DNA of 64,000 nt. Origin: Podarcis vaucheri. Its lineage: Eukaryota. Every line of letters starts with the position of its first letter. Position 1 is the first letter of the stretch. The translations under genes and the position numbers were made by a program. Below the pieces are notes generated by a model. The model was not told the DNA's origin, ran no database searches, and saw nothing but the letters and a program-made list of their open reading frames with translations. Positions 63,151-64,000 of this stretch are shown one piece after another. The stretch is from the NCBI GenBank assembly GCA_965113315.1, contig OZ220363.1. One strand, 5' to 3'.

Positions 63151-64000
63151 GAACCAGTGCTTTAATTTATGCCATCCAGCACAAGCTGGAAAGCAAGTGA
63201 AGATGCTTTAACTGGTGAGGCTGAGATATATACAAAAGAGCCAATTGCAGTCAATAACCTGACGGCTATTTTCTGAACCATCTGAAGTTTCAGAATGCCC
63301 CCTGCTTTCCCTCGCCTCCAGTGTCCCTGTTCTTTAGAAGTAATTGACTCATTGTTCGCAAAGACTTTCTATTGTCTAATGTTAGCTCTGTGCTCTTCTC
63401 TCCCCCCCCCTTTGCTGCTACACGTGTTAACAACAGCCAGGAGAGCTGGAAAAAATAGTTCTTGCAATAATTATACCAGGATCACCCACTACCAAGCTGG
63501 CATATGGGGGAGAGGAGCTATAGCTATGGGTGTAGCGCTATCCCCAATGCTTTATATTCATCTGGAAGGCATGCTTGTTCTAATTAAACTTTTCCTAAAA
63601 TAGACAGGTCTGTATTACAGGACCAGTTTGATTCGGTGAATCTTGGCAGTTTCGGTGCTTTTAAAAGATGATTCTCCGTTCGGGTCCAGCCGGAGACAGG
63701 AAAGTGAACAACTGAGGGCAAGGAAGAACAGAATGAGAGCGAGGAGGTACAGCGCAGGCCAGTGACATTCGTACAAGCTGGTACAGGCTGCTAGAGGCAA
63801 GCGTCTACTTTGGACAAAAAGGCTCTCCCTTCCTCCACTGCCTGCTCACACTTAGCTTGGGAGTTTTGCCTGAGAGCATGCTCCCTATGCATGAGCTTCT
63901 GCTGCTCATTTCTCCACCAGTCATTCTTAAGGGATTCCTAATCAGCCTCTAATATGTTTCTGTTTCTGGTCCACAAAGGACTTTGAAGATAGACAAAAAC

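Noticed and set aside
63615-63800. Hydrophobic 61-aa ORF in a CpG-containing block
   Set aside because: Non-ATG start, no recognisable homology, and hydrophobicity explained by purine/pyrimidine strand bias.

Overview
Repeat-rich vertebrate genomic DNA, most likely from a lacertid lizard such as Podarcis, judged from Sauria/Squam SINEs and the CR1/L2/RTE/Tc1-mariner/hAT landscape. I found no convincing host protein-coding exon. The window looks like a large intron or gene desert with several candidate enhancer-like blocks. The dominant feature is an apparently intact, full-length CR1 LINE (14692-19070) encoding ORF1 (CxxC pair, coiled coil, SGNH esterase) and ORF2 (APE endonuclease plus reverse transcriptase). 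The most interesting signal is at the ORF1/ORF2 junction. ORF1 ends on a correctly phased U_UUA_AAC slippery heptamer right before its stop, and ORF2 is open in the -1 frame across it. This suggests programmed -1 ribosomal frameshifting giving a ~1,330-aa esterase-EN-RT fusion. Other notable items: a non-autonomous TIR element with 6-bp TSDs that has captured an L2 3' tail (3 copies), several nested insertions with readable TSDs, a solo LTR inside a CR1 remnant, and MITEs with variable subterminal repeats. Family names come from motif recognition by eye, not database searches.
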